Shown: positions 8,853 to 19,251, counted from the stretch's first letter. The stretch is DNA of 64,000 nucleotides from Eggerthellaceae bacterium (GCA_017431165.1 JAFRLO010000043.1:2797-66796), one strand, 5' to 3'. Numbers and translations: made by a program. The notes: a model not told the origin generated them from the letters alone.

Positions 8853-10040
8853 TTAAGAACGCTCTTGATACTCGGCCATCAACGCGGCAAACGCAGGCTT
8901 GCTATCCTCAATGGTCTTTTTAGACACGCAGTAGCTTACGCGTACCCAGCCAGAAACGCCAAAGCTGTCTGAGGGAACCAAGAGCAGTTCATGTGCTTTC
9001 GCACGATCGCTGAACGCCTGCGCATCGTCCTCGAGCGCACGTACCCACAAATAGAATGCGCCTTGCGGCTCCACGAACTCATATCCTAGCTCGCGAAGAT
9101 TCGTCGTCAGGATTTCTCGATTAATACGGTAGGGTTCCACATTGGAAGGCACGTCGACGCACTCGGCGAACACGCGCTGCCATAAGGTTGATGCACAGAT
9201 ATAGCCCAGTGCACGGGCCGCACCTGCCACCGCAAGCGATACTTCTCTTGCCTCTTCCATCGCATCGGACACGTACACATAACCGATACGTTCGCCCGGA
9301 AGCGAATGCGACTTCGAGAGCGATGCGCATACGAGCGTGCGCGGCCAGATGGCGGGCACCCAGGGCACATCCTCCCCGTATGTGATCTCGCGATAGGGTT
9401 CATCGCTGATAACGTAAAGAGATCGACCGAGTTCCTGTTCCTTCGCAGCAAGCATTTCCGCGAAATCCTTGAGGTTGTCCTCGCTGTAGATTGAGCCGAC
9501 GGGATTGTTCGGCGAGTTGATTATGATGGCACTGGTCTTCTCGTTGATAGCGGATGCGAGCGCCTCGATATCGAGCTGAAAATCCGGCTGCGTGGCTGGA
9601 ACGGTAACGAGCGTGCAACCAGCCTGTTCGACCCACACGCGATACTCGGGGAAAAATGGAGTGATGACGATAATCTCGTCCCCTGGTACCGTCAGCGCGA
9701 AAATGCAGATGGCAATCGCTTCGGCAGCACCTGCCGTCATGAACACTTGCTCAGGCTTCGCATCGAAGCTATGGACTCGTTTAATGTGATTGGCAGCTGC
9801 AGTGAGCGCCTGCATGGAGCCACCAGCAGGCGTATAGGCATGAAGTGCAACCGGATCGTCTTCCAGTGCACGGAGCAGGCTTTCTTTGATTTCGGATGGC
9901 GCAGGCACACTCGGATTTCCGATGCTGAAATCAAACACCTTATCATTCCCGATCTGGGCCTTACGATTCAGACCGTACAGGAATAACTCACGAATCGCAC
10001 TCGGCTCATCGCCGAGACCGAACATAGCTTGATTGATCAT
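8853..10040 (-). CDS. pyridoxal-phosphate-dependent aminotransferase, class I (aspartate aminotransferase-like)
   Basis: ORF 8853..10223 trimmed to ATG 10040 (AAGGAGG upstream). PLP-lysine context SLSKSHSLPGERIGY and NPSNP-like INSPNNPVG. Confidence 0.88.
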   Translation of the reverse strand: MINQAMFGLGDEPSAIRELFLYGLNRKAQIGNDKVFDFSIGNPSVPAPSEIKESLLRALEDDPVALHAYTPAGGSMQALTAAANHIKRVHSFDAKPEQVFMTAGAAEAIAICIFALTVPGDEIIVITPFFPEYRVWVEQAGCTLVTVPATQPDFQLDIEALASAINEKTSAIIINSPNNPVGSIYSEDNLKDFAEMLAAKEQELGRSLYVISDEPYREITYGEDVPWVPAIWPRTLVCASLSKSHSLPGERIGYVYVSDAMEEAREVSLAVAGAARALGYICASTLWQRVFAECVDVPSNVEPYRINREILTTNLRELGYEFVEPQGAFYLWVRALEDDAQAFSDRAKAHELLLVPSDSFGVSGWVRVSYCVSKKTIEDSKPAFAALMAEYQERS

Positions 10041-10111
10041 CACATGCCTCCTTGATAGCGTATTGCTACGTTTAAGAGTATCACACTTTACGCGTAAGCC
10101 GCGCTGATGCG

Positions 10112-10768
10112 TCAGACGAGAAGCGAAAGGATATCTGTCGGCCGCGAGCACGTATACGATGGAGTTTGCTCGCAAAGCACCGCCTTGCTGAACATCCCCC
10201 AGAGTGCAGCGATAGTGACACACCCTGCACTGTTGCCTGCTTGGATGTCGAACGGACTATCGCCCACGTAAACGCATTCGCTCGGATCACACCCCGCAAG
10301 ACGGCAGCCATATAGCACGCTACCGGGATTCGGCTTGAACTCCGGCCAATCATCGGGTCCGACAAGGAAGCTCATGTATGACGCAAGCCCTGCAATATCC
10401 AGACCACGTTGGGCTAGCTCATGACGCTTCGAGGTCACTACACCGAGTGACAAACCAACGTCCTTGAGCGCGGCAAGCATCTCCGAAACACCGTCGAACG
10501 CACGAACGACAGCATCGTGGCGTGCTTCGTTGTACGCTCGATACACCTTGAGCAACTCATCGATCAGCACAGGGTCGCTCGTGAAGTCTGTGAACTGGAT
10601 TGCAAGAGGCTGCCCGACTTTCGCCATAAGCTGCTCATCGGAGCAATCGAGGCCGAGCTCCGTTTCAATCGTATAGCGCATCGAATCTAAGATGAGCTGA
10701 TAGGTATCGAGCAGCGTGCCATCCAAATCGAAAAGAACTGCTTTGATATGCGCTAACTCTGCACGCAT
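10112..10768 (-). CDS. HAD-superfamily hydrolase (phosphoglycolate phosphatase/PpaX-like)
   Basis: DxDxT motif VLFDLDGTLLDT and C-terminal VGDSPFDIQAG. ATG 10768 sits 9 nt after AAGGA; the ORF-track start 10777 is a TTG abutting the SD. Confidence 0.85.
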   Translation of the reverse strand: MRAELAHIKAVLFDLDGTLLDTYQLILDSMRYTIETELGLDCSDEQLMAKVGQPLAIQFTDFTSDPVLIDELLKVYRAYNEARHDAVVRAFDGVSEMLAALKDVGLSLGVVTSKRHELAQRGLDIAGLASYMSFLVGPDDWPEFKPNPGSVLYGCRLAGCDPSECVYVGDSPFDIQAGNSAGCVTIAALWGMFSKAVLCEQTPSYTCSRPTDILSLLV

Positions 10769-10780
10769 TGCGAGCAATCC

Positions 10781-12526
10781 TTACGCGAACAAGTTGTCAA
10801 AAGCATCGAACGCGGGATCCTCCGGAATGTTTGCGCACACCGTCTCGAATGCATCATGCAGCGATGCAAGCGCCACATCGCGCTTCTCGCCCGTGCGGCG
10901 CAGCTTCAACTCGACCGTTCCATCGGCCAACCCGCGCTTACCCACCGTGATCTGCAGCGGCCAACCTATCAGGTCAGCATCCGCGAACTTGACGCCTGGA
11001 CGCTCTTTGCGATCGTCAATGACCACTTCAAGCCCAAGTTTGGCGAGATCGGCTGCGATCTGCTCTGCCACGGGAAACACATCTTGATCGCCAACAGTGA
11101 GCGGGATGACACACACGTGAGCAGGTGCAACCGCGAATGGCCAGATGATGCCATACTCATCGTTATGCTGCTCGACCACCGCTGCCAGCGTGCGCGTGAC
11201 GCCGACACCGTAGCAACCCATGATGAAGTAATTCTCTTTGCCATTCACGTCAAGATAGGTCGCTTCCATCGTTCGGGAATACTTATCGCCAAGCTGGAAT
11301 ACCTGAGAAACCTCTATACCGCGTGCGCCATCGAGCGGCAAGCCGCACTCGGGGCATGCATCTCCCGCTTTGACCGTCGAGAGGTCCATCCATTCGTCGA
11401 TTTGGAAATCCTTGCCCAGTTCGGCACCAACGATATGAAAACCATCCTCATTGGCACCCACAGTCCATTTGGACAGTCCCTTAAGATTCACATCGCCGAT
11501 TACGCGAATGCCCTCGGGTAAGCCGACCGGACCCATAGACCCTTTGACCAAGCCCGCTTCGAGCATCTCTTCATCGGAAAGCAGCATGAACCAGCCAATG
11601 CCATGATCAGCCTTGATGTCGTTGAGTTCGTGATCGCCGGGGATGAACAGCGCGATGATGTTACCTTCCTCGTCCTTGCCAGCCAACGCCTTGACCGTGG
11701 AGCTCTCGGGGATATTCAGGAACTCTGCCAACTCCGCAATCGTGTGGACGCCAGGTGTTGCGATCTTCTCGAACGGCACGTCATACATCGTTGGCGTACA
11801 CTTGCACTCGCCTGCCTCGACATCTGCAGCATATCCGCACGAGCAGTAAACAAGCTCGGCCTCGCCCGCTTCGGCAAGTGCCATGAACTCGGTTGACACC
11901 TTGCCACCGATTTGACCCGAATCGGCTTCGACTGGGCGGTACTCCAAACCGCACCTCTCACAAATGCGCCCATATGCGACGCTCATGCGATCATAGGTCT
12001 CTTGCAGCGACTCTTGATTCTCATGGAAGCTGTATGCATCCTTCATGATGAACTCGCGGCTGCGGAGCAGACCGAAGCGAGGACGGATCTCGTCACGGAA
12101 TTTCACCTGAATCTGATACAACGAGCATGGCAATTCCTTATACGAACGCAACTCGTTGCGGATAAGCGAGGTGATGAGCTCCTCGTGCGTCGGACCAAGG
12201 CAGAAGCCATGGTCATGACGATCGGAAAGGCGCATGAGCTCAGGCCCGTAATCGTCCCAACGGCCGCTCTCATGCCACAGCTCGGCGGGCTGAAGCGCAG
12301 GCATCATGATCTCTTGCGCGCCTGTAGCGTCCATTTCCTCGCGCACGATTCGCTCGACTTTCGCAAGCACCTTCGTCCCGAGCGGGAGGAACGTGTACAC
12401 ACCCGAAGCGGTCTTGCGGATCATTGCCGCACGCAGAAGCAATCGATGACTTGCTATTTCGGCATCAGCCGGGTCTTCCTTCAACGTCGGCATGTAGAGT
12501 TTGCTCATGTATAGGATGTCCGTCAT
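10781..12526 (-). CDS. proS: proline--tRNA ligase
   Basis: MSKLYMPTLKEDPADAEIASHRLLLRAAMIRK and a full-length bacterial-type ProRS with an editing insertion. An alternative start at ATG 12508 is possible. Confidence 0.93.
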   Translation of the reverse strand: MTDILYMSKLYMPTLKEDPADAEIASHRLLLRAAMIRKTASGVYTFLPLGTKVLAKVERIVREEMDATGAQEIMMPALQPAELWHESGRWDDYGPELMRLSDRHDHGFCLGPTHEELITSLIRNELRSYKELPCSLYQIQVKFRDEIRPRFGLLRSREFIMKDAYSFHENQESLQETYDRMSVAYGRICERCGLEYRPVEADSGQIGGKVSTEFMALAEAGEAELVYCSCGYAADVEAGECKCTPTMYDVPFEKIATPGVHTIAELAEFLNIPESSTVKALAGKDEEGNIIALFIPGDHELNDIKADHGIGWFMLLSDEEMLEAGLVKGSMGPVGLPEGIRVIGDVNLKGLSKWTVGANEDGFHIVGAELGKDFQIDEWMDLSTVKAGDACPECGLPLDGARGIEVSQVFQLGDKYSRTMEATYLDVNGKENYFIMGCYGVGVTRTLAAVVEQHNDEYGIIWPFAVAPAHVCVIPLTVGDQDVFPVAEQIAADLAKLGLEVVIDDRKERPGVKFADADLIGWPLQITVGKRGLADGTVELKLRRTGEKRDVALASLHDAFETVCANIPEDPAFDAFDNLFA

Positions 12527-12679
12527 GGTTTAGTCCAATCGTTTTCGTTCAAGGTCTTTCCCGCCGAAGAACTACCCCTATTTGAAATGGGCAGTTTTTT
12601 CGGCAACGCATATTATACATGTCCCGATGACTCGCTCCTGTCGCGCCTGACTTCATTCAGCTCGAAATACCGTATGCGG

Positions 12680-12685
12680 TATAAT
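12680..12685 (+). promoter_or_regulatory. candidate -10 box (TATAAT) for cysE
   Basis: Perfect TATAAT 46 nt upstream of ATG 12731, overlapped by the small palindrome ATACCG-tatg-CGGTAT. The -35 is weak. Confidence 0.3.
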
Positions 12686-12730
12686 AGCGCCCAAGCATAC
12701 GAACGACTCCACCCGGAAAGGAATGCGAGT

Positions 12731-13600
12731 ATGGCGGCATTACAAGACTTAACAGAGCAACTACTCAGCAATCGCGCGCTCGGCGAGATCGCAGGAACGT
12801 TCAAGCAGCAGGACATCATTGATATTTGGAACGATTTACGCAAGCTTATCGCGCACTGCTACGTGGGCACGGAAGGCTCCGTCAAACGCACAGACAATGC
12901 GAACATGTTGCTTTTGCGTATCCGCACAGGTCTCGCAAACGCCATCTCGCAGGTTATGGGTATCACGCTCGATGAGGCGTACGGCAAGGCCGATGAGTTC
13001 ATCGGTCGGCTTCCATCCGTCTTGGAATCGCTTGACCTTGATATTCAGGCAATGCTCGATGGCGATCCTGCCGCAGAGAACAAGTCCATCACGGTTCTGG
13101 CATATCCAGGATACCTGGCTATTCAGACATATCGCCTTGCACACGAGCTCGTCTTAATGGGCATCCCGATGATCCCTCGTATCATGTCCGAACATGCGCA
13201 TAGCCTCACCGGTATCGACATCAACCCTGGTGCCACCATCGGTAAGTCGTTCTTCATCGACCATGGCACCGGCATTGTCATCGGCGAGACCTGCGTCATC
13301 GGTGACAATGTCAAGATTTATCAAGGTGTGACCTTAGGCGCGCTATCCACGCGCAAGGGCCGACAACTCGTTGGCGTACGTCGTCATCCTACCATTGAGA
13401 ACAACGTCACCATTTACGCAGGAGCTGTCATCCTCGGCGGCGATACCGTCATCGGAAAGTACTCCACCATCGGCGGCGGTACGTTCATCATCAAGAGCAT
13501 CCCGCCATATTCAAAGGTTAGCATGCAAATGCCGCAGATGCGCATCGAGCAGGATCTCCGTGCTCGCGAAGGCGACTCGCTGTTCGAGATTCCTGAATAA
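12731..13600 (+). CDS. cysE: serine O-acetyltransferase
   Basis: ORF 12587..13600 trimmed to ATG 12731 (GGAAAGGAA upstream). Hexapeptide-repeat core GTGIVIGETCVIGDNVKIYQGVTLG ... RHPTIENNVTIYAGAVILGG. Confidence 0.9.
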   Translation: MAALQDLTEQLLSNRALGEIAGTFKQQDIIDIWNDLRKLIAHCYVGTEGSVKRTDNANMLLLRIRTGLANAISQVMGITLDEAYGKADEFIGRLPSVLESLDLDIQAMLDGDPAAENKSITVLAYPGYLAIQTYRLAHELVLMGIPMIPRIMSEHAHSLTGIDINPGATIGKSFFIDHGTGIVIGETCVIGDNVKIYQGVTLGALSTRKGRQLVGVRRHPTIENNVTIYAGAVILGGDTVIGKYSTIGGGTFIIKSIPPYSKVSMQMPQMRIEQDLRAREGDSLFEIPE

Positions 13601-13630
13601 GGCTTCAATAAGTCGATTTAAGCGTGAAGA

Positions 13631-13670
13631 AAGACCCGCCATCGCAATGCATGGCGGGTCTTATCGTTAT
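13631..13670. terminator. bidirectional intrinsic terminator between cysE and the PrpD-family gene
   Basis: 12-bp stem AAGACCCGCCAT (13631-13642) / ATGGCGGGTCTT (13651-13662) with an 8-nt loop. T-rich runs on both sides. Confidence 0.8.
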
Positions 13671-13729
13671 TGAGGTTCAAACCTCGCGTTCGCGCGAACG
13701 CTATGCTGCTTCACGCAGCGCTGTCGAAT

Positions 13730-15121
13730 TTAGGCGATGAGCGCCATGAGGTCGGCGATGTCCTCAAGGTCCTCAAGATGGTCGATAACCTCGACGATCT
13801 TGTCTGCATTCTCCTTGGAGACCTTGCCACTGAACTCGATGTTCGCATAGTACTTGGCAAGCACTTCGTCGCGGGACAGACGCGTCTGCTTGTAATCGCC
13901 AAGAGCCATGTCGACGCGGGCCCTGAGCTCGGTGCCGTCGGCGAGCTTGATGACGCACTCGGCAGGAGAAACGTCGCCGGCCTTGGGCAGGTCGTCGAAG
14001 ATCGTGAGTTTCTCGAGGATTGCGCCGATGGCGGGATCGGTCATGTACTCAGGCTGCTCGTACAGCGGGGTCACATTGCCGCGCAGGATTGCGGTTGCGC
14101 ACAGGAAGTCGATGCTGAAAGCGCCCTGATAGCTCTTGTCCATACCGAACACGAAACCCTGACCAACGAAGCTCTTGATGCCAGGAGCAACATGAAGCTC
14201 GACAGCCTCGATCTCGTCGGCCGTGAAGGTCTTGCCTGCGCATGCCTGCAGCGTTGCATCGATGGAGGCATGGGTTGCACGGCATGCCGGCCACGGCTTG
14301 ATAACGGCGTCTGCATAGAAGCGCGTGCCAAGGTTGGTGAGCATCTTCTCGGGAGTCGGGTTGGAATAGAACATCTGGAACATGCCGCGCGGGCCGTTCA
14401 TCGAGTCATTCAGGCAAGGACCGAAACCGCACGTAGCAAGCTGAGCCGCGAAAACGCCGGCGCGAGCGGACAGAGCGATCGGGACCTTGAAGGTGATCTT
14501 CTTCTCGAAAACGTTCTGCATGGTACCGGACATCTGGTTGATGCCGAGCGAGAATGCGCCCTTCATCTCTTCCTTGTCAAGACCGAGCAGCTTGCCAGCG
14601 GCAACCGTGGATCCAAGGATGTTGGCGGTGCCGTTGCCGTCGAAGCAGTCATGAACCGAGAAGCCCGTGGAGCACAGCGCACGCGTAGTCACGTCGTCGC
14701 CCAAGATAAGAGCGAGCATAAGATCCTTGCCGGAAGCATGAAGCGCCTCGGCAACGGCAAGAGCGGCTGGAACCGTCGTACCGGAAATATGAGCAGCAGT
14801 GTTGCCCTCATCATCATTCAAGGCTTCGGCATCGATGCACTCGAAGTCATACGAACGCATGAGGATGCTGTTCGCGAAAGCAGCCTGGGCCATCGGAATC
14901 TTGCTGCCATACGTTGCAATCGTGGACTCCTCAGCACCACCAGCCTTTTGCAGCAAGGCAACCGTTGCATCGGTGTCGGGAGACGTATGACCGATTGCGA
15001 GAACGCCGAACGAGTCGATCAGACGGCACTTAACGCGGTCGATCGTCACGTCATCGAGGTCCTCCCATTTGGTGTCGCACACATAGTCGACAAACACATC
15101 AGTAAGGTTCACGTCACTCAT
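13730..15121 (-). CDS. MmgE/PrpD family protein (2-methylcitrate dehydratase-like)
   Basis: 463 aa. N-terminus DYVCDTKWEDLDDVTIDRVKCRLIDSFGV is typical of the family. GAGAGGAG SD. Confidence 0.85.
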   Translation of the reverse strand: MSDVNLTDVFVDYVCDTKWEDLDDVTIDRVKCRLIDSFGVLAIGHTSPDTDATVALLQKAGGAEESTIATYGSKIPMAQAAFANSILMRSYDFECIDAEALNDDEGNTAAHISGTTVPAALAVAEALHASGKDLMLALILGDDVTTRALCSTGFSVHDCFDGNGTANILGSTVAAGKLLGLDKEEMKGAFSLGINQMSGTMQNVFEKKITFKVPIALSARAGVFAAQLATCGFGPCLNDSMNGPRGMFQMFYSNPTPEKMLTNLGTRFYADAVIKPWPACRATHASIDATLQACAGKTFTADEIEAVELHVAPGIKSFVGQGFVFGMDKSYQGAFSIDFLCATAILRGNVTPLYEQPEYMTDPAIGAILEKLTIFDDLPKAGDVSPAECVIKLADGTELRARVDMALGDYKQTRLSRDEVLAKYYANIEFSGKVSKENADKIVEVIDHLEDLEDIADLMALIA

Positions 15122-15271
15122 AGATATGCTCCTCTCATGTTTCTATCGGCCCACAAGAATGGGCCATCCTTCACTATGTATTATTACACCGCGCGAGCGG
15201 TTTGTAACCAACAAAAAGAACAATCTTGCAAGAGTTTTCCAGCTGTTCAAACATCTCGAGAAGCATAGGGC

Positions 15272-16147
15272 TTATTCGCTTTGCAAAACGGCGATTTGGT
15301 CGTCTTGCGAAACATGGATGTCCAATTGGCCGTATGGTATCTCAAGCCCCGCCTCAAGCAGCGACTTGCGGATGATTCCTTTTGCTTTGCGAACATATTC
15401 TAGATAATCGAGCGGATTCACTCTCAAGAGGATTCTGTACACCACGGCACTGCTGCCGAATTCCTGCAACCCTTTGAACTCGCATTTCCGTACCTTATCG
15501 AGCGCAGCGATGCTCTTGCACGTTTTTGTGAGCACTTCAGCGATGCGCTCAGGATCGTCTTCGTAAGAGAGCCCGATGTCGATGAAGCGGACGTCTGACA
15601 CCTTCGTGACGTGAGTGAAGTTATGGTTGCCAATGGCATGGATATCGCCATTGGCCAAATCGCGGACCATCGTCGTTTGGGAGGACATCGAAATGACCTC
15701 GCCCTCGATGTCGTTGAAGCGGATCACATCCCCGACTCGGAAATAACCGTCCATCACGATACGGATGCTCATCACGATATCGCGTAATGTCTCCTGCAAT
15801 ACCAAGCCGACGATGACGCTGGCAATGCCGAGACCTGCAACGATGGCGCTCACGTTGATGCCGAACACTTGCATGATGGTGAGCACGGCAACGACTATCA
15901 GGATGACTCGAATGATGTTGTATGCAACGCGGAACTGGTTTTCGAAACTCTTTGAGGACTTCCCCCACTTGGCAAGTGCGGTAGCAAAAAGACGCATCAG
16001 CTGGCGAAGGATAACCAGTAAGACGATGACAACGACAATGATGCCGACGGCCGCAAGGAATCGGCCCCAGCTCAAATTGGGGAATATCTCCGTAATGCTC
16101 GCAACGAAACTCGACAGCGCGCTGTCTAGAGCGTTTTCTTCGTTCAT
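15272..16147 (-). CDS. small-conductance mechanosensitive channel (MscS family)
   Basis: ORF trimmed to ATG 16147 (GGGAAGGGA upstream). TM helices followed by the beta-domain FRVGDVIRFNDIEGEVISMSSQTTMVRD. The start overlaps the upstream stop as ATGA. Confidence 0.88.
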   Translation of the reverse strand: MNEENALDSALSSFVASITEIFPNLSWGRFLAAVGIIVVVIVLLVILRQLMRLFATALAKWGKSSKSFENQFRVAYNIIRVILIVVAVLTIMQVFGINVSAIVAGLGIASVIVGLVLQETLRDIVMSIRIVMDGYFRVGDVIRFNDIEGEVISMSSQTTMVRDLANGDIHAIGNHNFTHVTKVSDVRFIDIGLSYEDDPERIAEVLTKTCKSIAALDKVRKCEFKGLQEFGSSAVVYRILLRVNPLDYLEYVRKAKGIIRKSLLEAGLEIPYGQLDIHVSQDDQIAVLQSE

Positions 16148-17568
16148 TCCCTTCCCGTCCAGCAATAGGTGCACAAATCACATTCAGGAAGGCCGATAGC
16201 CTCGATTACGCCTTCCAGAGACTGAAACTCGAGTGAGTCGAAATGGAGTTTCTCGCAAATCGCCTTACGCAATGCACAGCCGCGCTCGGTTGACCCGTCA
16301 CTGTATTCCTCGAGATACTTCTCTCCTTCTTCGCCTTCGAGCTCGTTGACGACACGACGAGCAATGAGCTCCATATCGGTGGTCTCTCGCGAGAAGTTTA
16401 GGTATTTACAGCTGAACATGATAGGCGGGCAAGCGCTTCGCATGTGAACAGACTTCGCACCGTTGTCGAAGAGGAACTGGACTGTACCTTGCAATTGGGT
16501 GCCACGAACGATCGAGTCGTCGACGAACAACAGGTCCTTGTCTTTGATCAGATCAGGAACAGCGATTTGCTTCATCTTGGCAACCTTGTCACGGTCAGCC
16601 TGCGTTTGCGGCATGAAGCTACGCTGCCATGTCGGAGAATATTTGATGAATGCTCGAGCAAACGGCGTGCCGCTTTCGTTGGCATATCCGATAGCATGAG
16701 GAGTACCTGAATCGGGCACCCCGCCAACATAATCGATATGCATGTCAGGATGACGCTCGGCATCGGTTTGCGCCATGATGCGCCCGTTTCGATACCGCAT
16801 CACTTCGACATTGACTCCCTCATACGATGATGTGGGATAGCCGTAATAGCTCCACAAGAATGCACAGATGTGCTTTTTATTTCCTGGAGCAGCAAGCTGC
16901 TCAAGGCCATCCGCCGTCACTTCGACGATCTCACCGGGACCCAGCTCATAAAAATCTTCGAACCCGAGTTTTTGGAACGCGAAAGGTTCGGATGAAACCG
17001 CAAAACCGTCCTCGTTTTTCCCTACATGCACCGGAAGTCTGCCAGCTTTATCGCGTGCGACGATCAAAGAACCGGTATTGGTGAGGATGAGCAGGTTCAA
17101 CGTGCCATCGACGAGCTCTTGCGCCTTCTTGACACCCGAGGTGAAGTCGCCTTCCAAGTTGATGAGCGCGGCAACCAATTCGTTATCGTTGACTTTTCCA
17201 CCCGTCATGGCATCGAACGTAGTGTTGCTGTCGTTAAGGCAGATCTTGGTCAAATCGGACGCGTTGTTGATGACGCCGACCGTGCAGATGGCAAATGCGC
17301 CGAGCTTCGAGCGAATCAACAGTGGTTCGGGAAACGTATCGCTGATGCAACCAATGGCGGAGGTGCCCTTCATCTCATCGAAAATCGTTTCGAACTTCGT
17401 ACGGAACGGAGCGTTCTTTATGCCGTGGATGCGCCTTTGCAGGCCGATTTCGCTATCCCATGCTGCCATGCCACCCGCATACGTTCCAAGATGGGAATGG
17501 TAATCGGTTCCGAAAAACGTATCCAGCATGCAATCTTGCTTTGAAGCGACCCCGAAAAATCCACCCAC
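16144..17568 (-). CDS. amidophosphoribosyltransferase-like protein (PurF homologue lacking the N-terminal Cys nucleophile)
   Basis: GTG 17568 is preceded by AGGAGAA and gives MGGFFGVASKQDC.... PRTase motif LLFVDDSIVRGTQL. C-terminal Cys cluster ECDLCTYCWTG. Confidence 0.8.
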   Translation of the reverse strand: MGGFFGVASKQDCMLDTFFGTDYHSHLGTYAGGMAAWDSEIGLQRRIHGIKNAPFRTKFETIFDEMKGTSAIGCISDTFPEPLLIRSKLGAFAICTVGVINNASDLTKICLNDSNTTFDAMTGGKVNDNELVAALINLEGDFTSGVKKAQELVDGTLNLLILTNTGSLIVARDKAGRLPVHVGKNEDGFAVSSEPFAFQKLGFEDFYELGPGEIVEVTADGLEQLAAPGNKKHICAFLWSYYGYPTSSYEGVNVEVMRYRNGRIMAQTDAERHPDMHIDYVGGVPDSGTPHAIGYANESGTPFARAFIKYSPTWQRSFMPQTQADRDKVAKMKQIAVPDLIKDKDLLFVDDSIVRGTQLQGTVQFLFDNGAKSVHMRSACPPIMFSCKYLNFSRETTDMELIARRVVNELEGEEGEKYLEEYSDGSTERGCALRKAICEKLHFDSLEFQSLEGVIEAIGLPECDLCTYCWTGRE

Positions 17569-17599
17569 AGCCTTTTCTCCTAACTGCTTTCTTCTCGCA

Positions 17600-19120
17600 C
17601 TAACCCGCGACGTTCGATGCGTACGGGTTCTTGTCTTTCTGCAGTACGTCGTGCGCACCGCCTTCTACGATACTCGTGGGGCTCACGACCGTAAGCTTCG
17701 CCTTCTCTTGCAACTCGGGAATAGAAAGGGCACCGCAGTTGCACATCGTAGCCTTGAGCTTCGCCAGCGTAAGCTCGACATTATCCTTCAATGCGCCCGC
17801 ATACGGGACGTAGCTATCGACGCCTTCCTCGAAATGCAGGTTCTTCTTGCCGCCGAGATCGTAGCGTGCCCAGTTCTGTGCACGGGCACTGCCCTCGCCC
17901 CAGTATTCCTTCATGTACGTGCCGTTTACCATGACTTTGGCAGACGGGCTCTCGTCGAAGCGTGCGAAATAGCGGCCGAGCATGCAGAAGTCGGCTCCCA
18001 TAGCCAGTGCAAGCGAGATGTGGTGGTCATAAACGATACCGCCATCAGAGCAGATGGGGACATAGATGCCCGTCTCTTTGAAATACTCGTTGCGCGCCTT
18101 GGCGACCTCGATAACCGCCGTTGCCTGGCCACGGCCGATGCCCTTCGTTTCACGAGTGATGCAGATGCTACCGCCGCCGATGCCGATCTTGACGAAATCC
18201 GCGCCGCTTTCAGCAAGGAAGCGGAATCCCTCGGCATCAACGACATTGCCAGCACCGATCTTGACCGTGTCGCCGTAGTGCTCGCGCACCCAATCGATGG
18301 TGAGCTTCTGCCAGTCGGAAAAGCCCTCCGAGCTATCGATGCACAGCACGTCAGCACCCGCTTCAACCAACGCGGGGATGCGCTCAGCATAGTCGCGAGA
18401 GTTGATGCCTGCACCGACCATATAGCGCTTATACTCGTCAAGCATTTCGTTGGGATTGGATTTATGGGAATCATAGTCCTTGCGGAAAACCATGTACATC
18501 AGATGGTCGTTTGCATCAACCAGAGGAAGCGAATTAAGCTTGTGATCCCAGATGATATCGTTGGCTTCCTTGAGCGATGTATCGGCATAACCCACGATGA
18601 GCTTCTCACGCGGTGTCATAAAGTCAGAAACCTTCTCGGTGCCATCCATACGGCTCAGACGGTAATCACGACCCGTGACCACGCCGAGCAGCTTGCCATG
18701 GGGGCCACCATCATCAGTAACCGGCATCGTGGAATGCCCGAAGCGCTCTTTAAGCTCAACGACATCGTTGAGCGTCATATCGGGAGACAGATTCGCGTCA
18801 CTCTCGACAAAACCGGCCTTGTAGTTCTTCACTCGAGCGACCATGGCAGCTTCGCTCTCGATCGTCTGATTGCCGTAGATAAACGAAAGACCGCCTTCGG
18901 TTGCAAGCGCAACCGCCATCCTGTCGCCCGACACCGATGCCATGATGGCAGACACCATGGGAATGTTGAGTGTGATAGGACATTCCTCCTCGCCCTTGCG
19001 GTACTTGACAAGCGGAGTTTTAAGGCTCACCGCGGAGGGAACGCACGTTGAGGGAGTATGCCCGGGAACGAGCAGGTATTCGTTGAATGTCCGAGACGGT
19101 TCGTCATAATAGAAAGCCAT
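17600..19120 (-). CDS. guaB: IMP dehydrogenase
   Basis: 506 aa. Catalytic loop [12 protein letters not shown], a CBS-pair insertion, AGGAGA SD. Confidence 0.92.
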   Translation of the reverse strand: MAFYYDEPSRTFNEYLLVPGHTPSTCVPSAVSLKTPLVKYRKGEEECPITLNIPMVSAIMASVSGDRMAVALATEGGLSFIYGNQTIESEAAMVARVKNYKAGFVESDANLSPDMTLNDVVELKERFGHSTMPVTDDGGPHGKLLGVVTGRDYRLSRMDGTEKVSDFMTPREKLIVGYADTSLKEANDIIWDHKLNSLPLVDANDHLMYMVFRKDYDSHKSNPNEMLDEYKRYMVGAGINSRDYAERIPALVEAGADVLCIDSSEGFSDWQKLTIDWVREHYGDTVKIGAGNVVDAEGFRFLAESGADFVKIGIGGGSICITRETKGIGRGQATAVIEVAKARNEYFKETGIYVPICSDGGIVYDHHISLALAMGADFCMLGRYFARFDESPSAKVMVNGTYMKEYWGEGSARAQNWARYDLGGKKNLHFEEGVDSYVPYAGALKDNVELTLAKLKATMCNCGALSIPELQEKAKLTVVSPTSIVEGGAHDVLQKDKNPYASNVAG

Positions 19121-19156
19121 GAATGTCTCCTAACGCTAACTTTCAACAATTAAGTT

Positions 19157-19162
19157 ATTATA
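19157..19162 (-). promoter_or_regulatory. candidate -10 box (TATAAT) for guaB
   Basis: Perfect TATAAT on the minus strand 37 nt upstream of ATG 19120. The -35 is weak (TGGTTA at 16-nt spacing). Confidence 0.35.
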
Positions 19163-19184
19163 ACTAGCTTTCGCATGCTAACCA

Positions 19185-19212
19185 TTGAAAAAAGCCGTCT
19201 ATGAACTAAGAT
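19185..19212 (+). promoter_or_regulatory. candidate sigma70-type promoter for queD
   Basis: TTGAAA (19185-19190), 16 nt spacer, TAAGAT (19207-19212), about 40 nt upstream of GTG 19252. Confidence 0.3.
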
Positions 19213-19251
19213 ACTAGGGTAATCGCACGACGCAAAGAACGGAGAAAAGAC

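Noticed and set aside
13670-15268. 532-aa plus-strand ORF antisense to the MmgE/PrpD gene
   Set aside because: Shadow ORF. The minus-strand product has a family-typical sequence and an SD, while the plus-strand translation has no protein-like features.
17528-19051. 507-aa plus-strand ORF antisense to guaB
   Set aside because: Shadow ORF opposite an unmistakable IMP dehydrogenase ([12 protein letters not shown]).
19121-19251. preQ1 riboswitch upstream of queD
   Set aside because: No P1 stem with a following A-rich tail and CUA/AAGG pseudoknot element could be drawn. The leader from the candidate promoter is only about 35 nt and does not fit the preQ1-I consensus as I recall it.
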